From: Verrucomicrobiota bacterium
GTDB taxonomy: Bacteria > Verrucomicrobiota > Verrucomicrobiia > Verrucomicrobiales > Akkermansiaceae
Assembly: GCA_037141475.1 (NCBI GenBank)
Contig: JBAXCM010000001.1
Coordinates: 1-59,481, forward strand
Reading direction: 5' to 3'
DNA length: 59,481 nt
In this document: in pieces, positions 29,301 through 38,364 of the stretch
Position numbering within the stretch: position 1 is the first letter of the stretch
Layout of the letters: every line of letters starts with the position of its first letter
The notes under the pieces: model-generated
Database searches by the model: none
What the model was told of the DNA's origin: nothing
Seen by the model: only the letters and a program-made list of their open reading frames with translations
Made by a program: the position numbers and the translations under genes

Positions 29301-32300
29301 GCGATCATGGCGATTTTGTTTCCGGAGTTAAAGGCCAACCTGCAACTCAGCGCGCCGGGGTTGGCTTGGGGCAGCGGCTTGGACAGCGCGCTCTCGGCGC
29401 TCGCTCTTGCCGGGCTGTGTTTCCGGCTGCGCACCTGGCCGGCTCTGCAGGATTTGCCAGAGGGCGACCGGTTGCTGGGCAACGAAGTGTGCCCGTTCCA
29501 GCGCCGTGACTCGACGCTCTTCACCTGGCCGGTCATGGCTGCGGTGGTGTGGCTGCTCGTCAAGATCGATACATTGACGCTTCTCTCAAATTTATTGAAA
29601 ACTGGAATCCCGCTCAAAACCGCGCTGGCCATGGCAATTGCCGGGGTGGCGTGGACGGTCACCGCGATCTATCATCGCCGCGAGCGCTGGGCGGTGGTCG
29701 GGGTGCACCTGGGCTGGCTCAACCTGCTCGCGGGCCTGGGCTTGGGTTACTGGCACGCTTCCAAGGATCCCCACTGGGCTTGGCCGGCACTGGTCATGGG
29801 ACTGCTGTTGCAGGCACTCTACTGGCTTTACCGTTATGGGCTTGAACCAAGCAGACCGTGGATTCGCGACCTCTTGACCGAACCGACGCGCCAAGTGCTG
29901 CTGGCAGGCAGCGCGGTTCTATCTGTTTTCCTGATGTTAAATCTTATCGCCGGAGGAAGGATGGAGTGGATGCTATACGGATTCCTGCTTGCGCAATTGC
30001 CTTGGCACGGTTTGCGAACACGCCACGAGTTATGGGGAAGACTGCTGTTTTTCCAGGTCTGGGTCGGCTTGCTCGCCGTTTCCGTGGACGGCAGCGGCCC
30101 ACTCTGGCTGCGGGTCATCGCCCATCACAGCCTGACCCCGACACTTTGCCTGCTAGGCGGAATCCAGGTTTTGTTAGTGGGGCTTGAGCTAACAAAATTC
30201 TGGCGTCGGTGGGATGGCGGGGCGTCCGCTGGCACGGCCGGGTCTCCGGCATTCGGATACTTCGCGCCGGTGTTCATTCCGGTGCTGGAGCTGGCCACGG
30301 GGGTGGCAGCTTTGCTAGGCTTGGCTGGCCTGGCGGATGGGATTCATGCGCTGAACCTGACGGGTTCGGATCAGGCAATGTTGTTAGTCGTGCTATTGCT
30401 AACAGCCCGGGCACAGGCGTCCTCCCTGCTGTTGTTACCGGCCCTGCTGTTGGCTTACGTGATGATTCAACGCGGGGCGTTGCTTGCGACGGGCAATCTC
30501 ACCGGGCAGCTGGAAATTTTGGCCATGCCGTGGCGGCTTGGTGTGTTAGGCCTCGGCATCGTCTCCGGGGCGCTGATTGGCCGGTGGCTGCAGCGATGCC
30601 GGCCGCGATGTGTGGCGGGCCCCTTTGCCATGCCAGCTTTTGTTTCCGGCACATACGCGTGGCTGTGCTTGCCGGCATGCGGCATCTGCGGCGTTGCGGC
30701 GTTCCATCACACCGCCGATCCTTCGCTGCGAGAGAGCGGGGCCCAGCTCTGGGCACCTTACCTCGGAACACTCACCTTCGCGCTGGTGGCCTGGTGCTGG
30801 AGGAGAGTCAATTTCTTTGCAGGTGCCGGTCTGCTGTTGGTGCTGGGTAACATTCATCTGGCCCGCGTCTGCGGCGGTGATTTCCTGCGCGGACACGGGC
30901 TGTCTGAATTGCACCTGGTCTGCCTCGGGCTCGGCCTCAGCCTGCTGCAAACCTCGCTGCTGAGGCGGATGATACGACCCGAAGCGGCGCTTGCCGTCAT
31001 CAATCGAGCCAGCCTCTGGCTGGCTGGCGTGGTTCTAACACTATTGGCGGCGAACTATTTCACCGCTCCGGATCTGACGACGATCGGTGCCACCCGCTTC
31101 GCGGTTTCCGGCACACTGGCCTGGTTGGCGGGCTGGTATTTCCGCAGGGCCGTCCGTCATCCGGGGCCCGGGGAGGAAGGTCACGGCGACTTATGCGAGG
31201 CCTTGTATCATTTGGGATTGGTCGTGGCGTTCTGGTGCGCCGCGTTACTGGTGCCGGCCTTCCGCCAGCCGCTTGCCGCGCTGGTGGCCCTGTGCCTGCC
31301 AGTGGTCTATTTTTATGGCAGGGCGGAACTTGGCATGTTCCAAGATCGGCCCGAGTCTCGAGCCTACCGAAACTCCGCCGCCATGCTCGGCTTTGTCATT
31401 TTGGGGCTTTACCTATTCAAAGCGGTCTTCCAAGTGTTGCTATTTCCCGGCACTGCGATTGGATTCCAACACTATCACTCCAACGCCCTGCTCATCATCC
31501 TCCTCGGCGTGGTGCTGCTGCGCCTCCACGGTCTGGGCGGCACAAGCTGGCTGGCGCTCTACGGCGGCCTGGCCCTGATGACCGGTAGCTATTTCTTGCT
31601 AAGCGGCTTGCCCGGCCTCAGCCCGTTTGAGCACCCGATGGCCGGTGCCTGGTGTGCGCTGGGGCTGGGGCATTTCTGGATTGTGCTCAGCCACGCCCGT
31701 TCGCCGTTGCGCACGGTGATCCAACGCCTGGCCGGGTTGGACGATGCGATCTGGGAATCGCTGCGGCGTGCCTGGGGGCGATGTTTGTTAGCCGCGACCC
31801 ATGCCGCGACGCTATGGGGCGTGGTGAATTTCCCGGATAATACCCTGATGGTGGCGCCGCTGCTGGCAGGAGCCGCCACGATTCTCATTCACCAAGGCAT
31901 GCTCCGGCGTTCACCTCTCTATCTGATCGCATCCGCCTGCGAATTGACGGTGGCCTTGCACATGGATTTTCTCATCCCGAGTTATATGCCCGCAAATGAC
32001 ATCATCTGGGTCGTTCTCGGCATCTGGGCGGCACTGCTGGCCACATTTGAATACGGCCCGCGCAAGCACACCCAGCCGGACGTCGTCGGTGGCATCTCGG
32101 CAGTGTTAGGCATGCTGGTTCTGGCGCATGTTTTCTATCAACGACCGTGGTCGGCGGCCGGTCTCTGGGGCATCGGCTTGGCTGGGTTGTTGGCGGCGAG
32201 GACCCCAGTTTCCGTTAGCATAACATCAGGCTCCCGGGGCCTGAGTGCCGCCATGCGGGGACAGGTCTCGGCAACGCTGCTGCTATGGATTCCGGTGTGG

Positions 32301-33539
32301 CTCGTGTATTTCAGCCAAGCACGCATCGCGCAGTGCGGATTGAGCGCGACTATCGAAGCGTGGCCCGTTCTCACAGGCGCGCTGGCTTGCTTCGCCATCG
32401 GCGCGCTCGGCCGCTTGTTCCCCCGCGAATGGTCGCCTAACAAACATGGGCAACCCCGCTTGCGGTTCCGTTTGTTGGACCTGACGCTGAGTTGGCTTGA
32501 GACTGCGGGGCAACAGATTCATCAGGCCACGGTGTGGATCTCCAGCGCCGCGGTGGCGATGGTAGTGGCGGGGCACTACGATGCTGCCTATGCGCCACAC
32601 GAGCTGGTCCTGCTCGTCATGTTCGAAGCGGCGTTGGCCGTAGCCTGGTTCTATCAAGGAAAGGAACGCCAATCGATGGCGGCCAATTGGCTGATGCAAC
32701 TGTGCGTGGCAGGCTGCTTTGCGTCATTGCGGCGGCAGCTCATGCTGACCACCGAGTGGTGGAGTTATGAATATGATGTTTGGGCCAGTCTGGCGGTTTC
32801 CTTTGGCATTGCCGGGGCGAAGCAAACCCTCGGTCTGCAAGCACGCACGCTGCGGGTGCCGCTGCTCACGACGCTATGTGTGCTACCGCTCATCTCATTG
32901 ATATGGGTGCTGGTTCACGGGCTGGGCGTCAACCTCGGGTTGATCGTGATGGGATTGCACAGTGTTCTGTTTGCATATCTCGGCAAAGATCGCCGGGAAA
33001 GCCCCTACAACATTCTGGCGCTGGCCGGATTCGTCGGCTTTATCCTCCTGACATTCTATTCCAAACTGCACATTCAGGCGCTGCATGCCTATATCATTCC
33101 CGTCGGTCTGGGCGTGCTGGTGCTTCAGGAACTCTTCAAAATGCGCATAGCACCGGATGCCTGCAACTGGATCCGACTGCTCGTGTTGATGGCGATGATT
33201 GGCAGTTCCGGATACTATGCCATGGCCGATACGAGCCAGCCAATTGCATTCAATCTGACCATGATCATCCTCTGCTTGGCGGCGATGGGACTGGGCAGTT
33301 TGCTGCGGATCCGGCTGTACTTGGCGCTTGGCTTGGCCGGCTTGCTGGCCGATCTGGCATCCCTGCTGTATAAGGTCCTGGTGCTGATGGAACGTAGCGC
33401 TCGAATGACCGTGGTCGGCGGTTTGGTGTTGCTCATCGGCGTGATCGTGGTCGTTGGCGCAATCTACTTCAAAACCAACCGCGCCCGGATCGACGCCCTG
33501 CTCAAGCACTGGCACCTGAAGCTAACCGCGTGGCAGTGA
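26364..33539 (+). CDS. Giant (2,391 aa) polytopic membrane protein of unknown function
   Basis: About 370-aa soluble helical N-terminus, a Pro-rich linker, then FLMENWYIVAGIAMVLLG and roughly 1,950 aa of closely packed hydrophobic helices, ending in a basic amphipathic tail (...LKLTAWQ). The frame is open for 7.2 kb. Confidence 0.85.
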   Translation: MLEKRHLIGPLAHWLAAGKLDAQVVLPAIQQLSTDDPKSLPEILGALEGEADGVWATLAEALRLTLHREALRIYQAKQAGLVLRDEESLSGLPLVAVDAWLADANVTAAVSDALRIACDLGFLADKQEQMPCLFACVQREGMQVLRNAGAQVGALIERLPQPWIQRLAAAWTSDLPGRESVLSEIKNWRDAYQTNWCQQTARVIKNPPLPSEFESLVAVMTEHFAAAEDRGERERLLDTACCWMTPEMIPALTAMTRDAWAQDRAMWNLTLRFGQPQLAVWGDWQAWLDEQARLWQTTGLALDSLIDQHAAALLLVLYLRTPDQNPAVLDALLTSVTRDEAPVEPAILVAGWSRWIPLAERRLLLGDGPSLPPPLPVSGNRDAATTGVHLPVRPPFPRSAAPPVVTVVPSVEVAPPPAPPRPPTPWEQHVQPFLMENWYIVAGIAMVLLGCSLLAYYTWDKHWLVRYTLMPLLLGGFTWSLAGVGKWIETKSAEFRGTGAILRAAAIGLLPINFMAMALLSVDDSVQHKVPAVVGMALIYLLVFGWGLRKWCAAIDATLGNVLAGTLLLLNSLVAVAPLARSLGHPDSDALRLCLGSGFYVGFAATAGLLVYFTRKILTREMADEKRVPWFVAGVLAMTFLEVFVWVHGFMRHLPQAPTYALMVILTGWLVLHGERRALQLKASPQLHGGESFLGFAMILLGLLMGFGDPLLRIVAFVTGGAVWMYQGLRRRHPLHDWIALTLMGLGGAAVGLYPGYPAAMLPLLGLLLAGAFGGAAWLGRSFEMKRATSEDAASDVVLPTWIEACWGMQMVALVVTALLAPLVQWHEGCAPLGTASWLVLVAAAVGWRALRDQQLPWLHTSLAILALALPFAGFMDVAGRSAHHQSMVFGLALLSWLWLGVTWIGRNPLLRQARTTGLWLYGVLALAAMVLRVLLGDNAPAVQWYCAWMEAAGPPLMMLVLIPTTYVSRSLVPAGMAVAIMAILFPELKANLQLSAPGLAWGSGLDSALSALALAGLCFRLRTWPALQDLPEGDRLLGNEVCPFQRRDSTLFTWPVMAAVVWLLVKIDTLTLLSNLLKTGIPLKTALAMAIAGVAWTVTAIYHRRERWAVVGVHLGWLNLLAGLGLGYWHASKDPHWAWPALVMGLLLQALYWLYRYGLEPSRPWIRDLLTEPTRQVLLAGSAVLSVFLMLNLIAGGRMEWMLYGFLLAQLPWHGLRTRHELWGRLLFFQVWVGLLAVSVDGSGPLWLRVIAHHSLTPTLCLLGGIQVLLVGLELTKFWRRWDGGASAGTAGSPAFGYFAPVFIPVLELATGVAALLGLAGLADGIHALNLTGSDQAMLLVVLLLTARAQASSLLLLPALLLAYVMIQRGALLATGNLTGQLEILAMPWRLGVLGLGIVSGALIGRWLQRCRPRCVAGPFAMPAFVSGTYAWLCLPACGICGVAAFHHTADPSLRESGAQLWAPYLGTLTFALVAWCWRRVNFFAGAGLLLVLGNIHLARVCGGDFLRGHGLSELHLVCLGLGLSLLQTSLLRRMIRPEAALAVINRASLWLAGVVLTLLAANYFTAPDLTTIGATRFAVSGTLAWLAGWYFRRAVRHPGPGEEGHGDLCEALYHLGLVVAFWCAALLVPAFRQPLAALVALCLPVVYFYGRAELGMFQDRPESRAYRNSAAMLGFVILGLYLFKAVFQVLLFPGTAIGFQHYHSNALLIILLGVVLLRLHGLGGTSWLALYGGLALMTGSYFLLSGLPGLSPFEHPMAGAWCALGLGHFWIVLSHARSPLRTVIQRLAGLDDAIWESLRRAWGRCLLAATHAATLWGVVNFPDNTLMVAPLLAGAATILIHQGMLRRSPLYLIASACELTVALHMDFLIPSYMPANDIIWVVLGIWAALLATFEYGPRKHTQPDVVGGISAVLGMLVLAHVFYQRPWSAAGLWGIGLAGLLAARTPVSVSITSGSRGLSAAMRGQVSATLLLWIPVWLVYFSQARIAQCGLSATIEAWPVLTGALACFAIGALGRLFPREWSPNKHGQPRLRFRLLDLTLSWLETAGQQIHQATVWISSAAVAMVVAGHYDAAYAPHELVLLVMFEAALAVAWFYQGKERQSMAANWLMQLCVAGCFASLRRQLMLTTEWWSYEYDVWASLAVSFGIAGAKQTLGLQARTLRVPLLTTLCVLPLISLIWVLVHGLGVNLGLIVMGLHSVLFAYLGKDRRESPYNILALAGFVGFILLTFYSKLHIQALHAYIIPVGLGVLVLQELFKMRIAPDACNWIRLLVLMAMIGSSGYYAMADTSQPIAFNLTMIILCLAAMGLGSLLRIRLYLALGLAGLLADLASLLYKVLVLMERSARMTVVGGLVLLIGVIVVVGAIYFKTNRARIDALLKHWHLKLTAWQ

Positions 33540-33618
33540 TATGGTTAACAATGAATGCCGTGTTGCAACTAGCCAGGCCGGTTTCGGGCACATTTAACAA
33601 CCCTAATAGCAAAGCAGT

Positions 33619-34902
33619 TTGAAATCCTCCGCGCCGGACCCCACCAATCAACTCTCCGAGCTCAAAACTCACGACGGGTCCAACAGACTGTGGTATCGCT
33701 GCTGCCATTGGCTGTGTGCGCACGTCTATTTCGAGCGCATCACGGTGGTGTATCCGGAGCGCGTGCTCGGCGGCGACCCGGCCCAACTGACCCAATCGGG
33801 CGGCCCGACGCTTTATGTGGTGCTGCACCGCAACGGCGCGGTCGATGGGTTTGTCTATCACCAAGTGGTGCCGCGAGGCGTCTATTTGATATCGACGCAA
33901 TTGCTGCGGGGATTTTTCGGGCGGCTGTTTTTTTCCGGCATACCCGTGGCCCGCAAGAAGGACCAAGAGGATGGCAGCCAGAACGAGGAATCGTTGCGCC
34001 GGTGTGTGCGGGTCCTGGCGGATGGTGGCGAATTGATCGTCTTTCCCGAAGGTACCAGTTCACTAGGGCCGAGCCACCTGCCATTCAAGAGCGGCGCGGC
34101 ACGCCTGGCACTGGATGCTCTGGCACAAGGTGTGGCGCTGCGTATTGTGCCATTAGGTGTTCATTACGAACGAGCATGGGCATTCCGCAGCAAGGTGGAG
34201 GTGGTCGTGGGTGAAGATATACCAACAGATCTGTCGGATGAGTTGAGTGGTTTGGGCCGGCTCAAGGAAATGAAACGGCGAATGACCCGCGGCCTGGAAG
34301 ACGTCGGCTGCAACTTCGCCACCGCCGCTGCGCAGGAAGAGGCCGAGTGCTTGGCCTATGGAGCGACCCTCGGCAGCACCCGCAGCTATTTTGGCGCGCT
34401 CAAGGCACTCGAAGCGGGTGTGCCAGAGGTCATTGCGATGGCCTGGAGCGGGTTGCACAACCACCTTGGATCGCGCTGGGTGTTGCGGCATCAAGGGGTG
34501 CCGTTGTTTCCAGTAGGCCCGTGGCTTGGCTATGCCGCGATGTTGGCGGTGATCGGTCCTCTGGTGATCGCCGGAACCTTGCTCAATCTGCCACCCCTGC
34601 TCGCGGCCTGGCTGGCGGCACGGCGCTTCGCCGACGCACCCAACGTCATCGCGCTGTGGCGGACGCTCGTCGGGGTGCCGCTGACAGCGATTTGGGCTGT
34701 GGGCATGGCAGCCACCATCCCCTATTGCGCCGGTTGGTTCTGGTCACTGGGCTACCTGCTACTAACCCTCGTGGCTATCAAATCCCTGTACCGCACCAAA
34801 AAACTCGCCGTCGCCGTGTGGAACGGGCTGGCAAATCGAAGATTGATGATTCAGGCACACGTATTCCACCATCTTGTTCAACAAAAATTGCCTCCCCAAT
34901 GA
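33619..34902 (+). CDS. PlsC-family (lyso)phospholipid/glycerol acyltransferase with C-terminal TM helices
   Basis: LHRNGAVD and IVFPEGTS motifs; 2-4 C-terminal hydrophobic helices. Confidence 0.8.
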   Translation: MKSSAPDPTNQLSELKTHDGSNRLWYRCCHWLCAHVYFERITVVYPERVLGGDPAQLTQSGGPTLYVVLHRNGAVDGFVYHQVVPRGVYLISTQLLRGFFGRLFFSGIPVARKKDQEDGSQNEESLRRCVRVLADGGELIVFPEGTSSLGPSHLPFKSGAARLALDALAQGVALRIVPLGVHYERAWAFRSKVEVVVGEDIPTDLSDELSGLGRLKEMKRRMTRGLEDVGCNFATAAAQEEAECLAYGATLGSTRSYFGALKALEAGVPEVIAMAWSGLHNHLGSRWVLRHQGVPLFPVGPWLGYAAMLAVIGPLVIAGTLLNLPPLLAAWLAARRFADAPNVIALWRTLVGVPLTAIWAVGMAATIPYCAGWFWSLGYLLLTLVAIKSLYRTKKLAVAVWNGLANRRLMIQAHVFHHLVQQKLPPQ

Positions 34903-35768
34903 ACTGGATTATTAAACCCAAACTGCTGCCTCACGAGGGGATTTTCGGGCTGTTCTTGGTCGTGACCTGGTTGCGACTGGTGCTGGCTGTCGGCCCGCTC
35001 GATCGCGACACGGTGTTATTTCTGGTTGTCTTGTTAGCAAACATCGGGGTCATTGGCTGGTGCTGGCGGCACGAGACACCGCTGCGCTGGCAAGTGCGGT
35101 TGTGGTTCTATCCGGTGGCACTGAACACGGTCTTTCCACTCATGGGTTCGGCCGTGCTCAAGATCACGCCGCACAAATTCGATGCGCAGCTCGCGGCGTT
35201 GGATCATCTGCTATTTGGTGCAACCTTGAGTGAGCGGGCACAGTTGCTGGCGACACCGCTGCTCACCGAGATTCTGAGTTTTTGCTACCTGCTGTTCTTT
35301 CCCTACCTGTTTGTGAGTTGGCTTTACTACGCCAAGCGCGGGCTGCCGCTGCAGCGCAAATTGATGGTGGGACTGTTCACCATCTACGGCATCGGGTTTC
35401 TCGGGTACTCGTGGGTGCCAGCTGGCGGCCCGCACCTCGCGCTGGCGGACAATTTCACGCTGCCACTGACCGGCTGGGGCATCACGCGCTTCAATGCCTA
35501 TGTTGTCGCCAACGGCAGCAACGGAGTGGATGTGTTTCCTAGCCTTCACTGTGCCATCTCGTGCTTCCTGCTGTTCTTCGACCGTCAACACGCACGCTGG
35601 CGGCACCGTCTCTATCTGGTGCCATGCTGCGGGCTGTGGCTCGCCACCATCTATCTGCGCTATCATTACTTCACCGATGTGGTGGCGGGTTTCGCCCTAG
35701 CCACTTTTGCCCTGTGGCTGGCTAACCACTGGGATCGCTCATTCTACAATCAACCAACCCATCACTGA
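34899..35768 (+). CDS. PAP2-superfamily membrane enzyme (Aur1/IPC-synthase-like)
   Basis: Start at ATG 34899 (ATGA overlap). Motifs WVPAGGP, DVFPSLHCA and TIYLRYHYFTDVVAG. Confidence 0.82.
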   Translation: MNWIIKPKLLPHEGIFGLFLVVTWLRLVLAVGPLDRDTVLFLVVLLANIGVIGWCWRHETPLRWQVRLWFYPVALNTVFPLMGSAVLKITPHKFDAQLAALDHLLFGATLSERAQLLATPLLTEILSFCYLLFFPYLFVSWLYYAKRGLPLQRKLMVGLFTIYGIGFLGYSWVPAGGPHLALADNFTLPLTGWGITRFNAYVVANGSNGVDVFPSLHCAISCFLLFFDRQHARWRHRLYLVPCCGLWLATIYLRYHYFTDVVAGFALATFALWLANHWDRSFYNQPTHH

Positions 35769-35772
35769 TATC

Positions 35773-38286
35773 ATGCCCCCGACCCTGTCCTTTGATCATC
35801 CTCTTGCCACGCAACTCGAATTGAGCGGCGGCAAAGGGGCCAACCTAGCCATTCTCACCCAGCGCGGATTTCCGGTGCCGCCTGGTTTTGTCGTCACTGC
35901 GGCGGTTTACGGGGAATTCATCGCTGCTGCGGATGACTGGTTGAGACGGGTGGCGGCGCTGCCATTCCATGATGCTTCGGCGTTGCGAGCAGCGAGCGAC
36001 GTCCTGCAAGCAGACCTCATGCGCTTGCCGCTGCCGAATCACGCCGCCGCTGCCATCGAACAACACCTCGCCGGATTTCCCCAAGGCACGGCGTTTTCAG
36101 TGCGTTCATCGTCCACCATGGAAGACCTCGCAGGTGCCGCCTTCGCCGGCCAACACGAAACGTTTCTAAATGTTATAGGTGTGGCAGATGTGCTAGATAA
36201 GGTGCGAGGCTGCTACATGTCGCTGTGGGCCGACCGTGCGATTGCCTACCGGCACCAGCAAGGATTTGATCACGCCCAGGCGGCCATGGCCGTCGTCATC
36301 CAACGAATGGTGCCGAGTGAGGCGGCTGGCGTCGGCTTCAGCGTCAACCCAGTCAGTGGTCAACTTGGCGAAATGCTCATCAACTCAAATTTTGGCCTCG
36401 GCGAATCCGTGGTTAGCGGCGATGGCGAGATCGACCAATGGATGATCAACAAGGCCACCCGCGCCGTTTGCAACGCCCACATCGGCAGCAAGTCGCACCA
36501 AATTGTGAGTGCCGAATCCGGCACCTGCGAGATCCAGTTGAGCGATGCTGATGCGCTCAAGCCCAGCCTGAGTGACGGGCAACTGACGGAGGTGGCGGAT
36601 TTGCTAGTGAGGGTGGAGGCGAGTTATGCATTTCCACAAGACATCGAATGGGCGTTTGCAGATGGGAAACTATGGTTGCTCCAATCACGGCCGATCACCA
36701 CCATTCCGCCGTGCTGGACTCGTGATGAGGCCGCAGAACGCTTCCCTAACGTCATCACCCCGCTCACCTGGGATTTTGTGGATTCCGGGTTTCACCGATC
36801 GTTGAATTATTCGTTCGAACTGCTCGATTTCCCGCATTTTTCCGGCAAGTGGTTTGTGATGTTCGACCACTACATCTATGGCAACCAGAATGCGGTGGAG
36901 TTGTATGCCCGCCGCGCGCCAATAGCGGTTAAGTCGTTAGACGAACTGCGTGTTGCCATCCCGCAGTTGCGCAGGCAATTCGGCTGGGTCCAGCAACTGC
37001 CGGTGGTCTGGATGCGCGATCTGGACCATTACCTGATCACGCTGGGCCGCTATCAGGCTGAAGCGCTGGCAGACAAGACCCCCGTGGAACTCTGGCAGCA
37101 TGTGCTGGCAGTCAACGAACACGGCGCTCAGTACTTCTTGCCAAATATCGCCATATCCATCGCCCAGAGTACCATCTATCGGACGTTGCACGGCCTGCTG
37201 CAACTCGCCGTCGGCCCGGCGGATTCAGCGCGCCTCTTTGATCACCTGATGGCATGGTGCGAAACCAAAACCGGACAGATCAACAAGGAGTTGTTTGAGT
37301 TGGCGCTACTCGCCCGCCAAGACCAGCGACTGATCGATGAATTGGCCGGTATGACTTCGCGTGAACTCATCCAGCAGGAGAGACTGGCAGGATTTGCCGA
37401 CTTCAATACCCGCTTCCAGCGCTTTCTGCGCGACCACGGCCACCGCGAAGTGGATTTCGACGCCTATGCGGCAACTTGGGGTGAGGCACCGTGGATTGTG
37501 CTGGATAACTTGCGGCTCATTCTGCAGACGCCTATGGATCAAGTGCCATCGGACAAGGAGCGCGAGTTGAAGATCCGCAGCCAGCAGGCCGAGGTGGCCC
37601 TATTTGAAAAACTGCCGGGTGACCTGCACTTCTTTTTTCACGAATTGCTCAGACTGGCTCGCGCCTACACCAGCCTCGACGACTTGGAGCACTACCAGAC
37701 GACCCGCTTGACCCCTGTGCTGCGGCGGGGCCTGCGAGCACTGGGCGAACGACTCGTGCAACTCGGGGCACTGGAGGAATTAATGGATATCTTCTTCGCA
37801 CATCAGGAACAAATCGAACACACTCTAACTGCAGAGGCTTGGGCGGATTTCTCGATTCAAGTTCGCCATCAAAAGGCAGCCTATCTGGCCGACAAGGCCC
37901 GGCGGCCGGAGTGGGTTCTGGGGCGCAGCGAAACACCCACAGATGACGTCCCGGCCGATCCGGGCAGCTTGCTCACCGGCTTGGCGGGAAGTCCCGGGGT
38001 GGCCGAAGGTCCGGTATTTCTGGTACTCACGCCAGAGGATTTCGCCAGTTTCCCCAAGGGCGCCGTACTTGTGGCTCGCACCACCAACCCAACATGGACG
38101 CCTCTATTCTACAGCGCTGCGGCCGTCGTAACCGAAAGCGGTGGACCGCTCTCGCACGGTGCTGTGACCGCTCGCGAAATGAGGATTCCGGCCGTCATGT
38201 CGGTCAGGGACAGTCTCACACGCTTGCAAAACGGCCAGCGCGTTAGGGTGGACGGCGCCGCTGGCAGGGTCGAGTTGCTCAAATGA
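35773..38286 (+). CDS. PEP-synthase/dikinase-family phosphotransferase with rifampin-phosphotransferase-like domain order
   Basis: N-terminal ATP-grasp (GGKGANL, VRSSSTMEDLAGAAFAGQHET, PQDIEWA, LLQSRPIT), a central helical domain, and a C-terminal phospho-His swivel (TESGGPLSHGAVTARE). No PEP/pyruvate TIM-barrel. Confidence 0.85.
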   Translation: MPPTLSFDHPLATQLELSGGKGANLAILTQRGFPVPPGFVVTAAVYGEFIAAADDWLRRVAALPFHDASALRAASDVLQADLMRLPLPNHAAAAIEQHLAGFPQGTAFSVRSSSTMEDLAGAAFAGQHETFLNVIGVADVLDKVRGCYMSLWADRAIAYRHQQGFDHAQAAMAVVIQRMVPSEAAGVGFSVNPVSGQLGEMLINSNFGLGESVVSGDGEIDQWMINKATRAVCNAHIGSKSHQIVSAESGTCEIQLSDADALKPSLSDGQLTEVADLLVRVEASYAFPQDIEWAFADGKLWLLQSRPITTIPPCWTRDEAAERFPNVITPLTWDFVDSGFHRSLNYSFELLDFPHFSGKWFVMFDHYIYGNQNAVELYARRAPIAVKSLDELRVAIPQLRRQFGWVQQLPVVWMRDLDHYLITLGRYQAEALADKTPVELWQHVLAVNEHGAQYFLPNIAISIAQSTIYRTLHGLLQLAVGPADSARLFDHLMAWCETKTGQINKELFELALLARQDQRLIDELAGMTSRELIQQERLAGFADFNTRFQRFLRDHGHREVDFDAYAATWGEAPWIVLDNLRLILQTPMDQVPSDKERELKIRSQQAEVALFEKLPGDLHFFFHELLRLARAYTSLDDLEHYQTTRLTPVLRRGLRALGERLVQLGALEELMDIFFAHQEQIEHTLTAEAWADFSIQVRHQKAAYLADKARRPEWVLGRSETPTDDVPADPGSLLTGLAGSPGVAEGPVFLVLTPEDFASFPKGAVLVARTTNPTWTPLFYSAAAVVTESGGPLSHGAVTAREMRIPAVMSVRDSLTRLQNGQRVRVDGAAGRVELLK

Positions 38287-38364
38287 TAGAGAAATTTGGC
38301 TCTCACCCTATAACGATAACGCTTCGTGCTTTGCTCAAGATGGCGGGTGCATTATCATTGCGCC

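Noticed and set aside
34347-34898. Extension of the PAP2 ORF
   Set aside because: Overlaps the PlsC-like CDS out of frame; the ATGA overlap at 34899 gives a better start.
35773-38286. Calling the dikinase rph (rifampin resistance) or ppsA
   Set aside because: Domain order alone does not fix the substrate, the PEP-binding barrel is absent, and the context is lipid metabolism.
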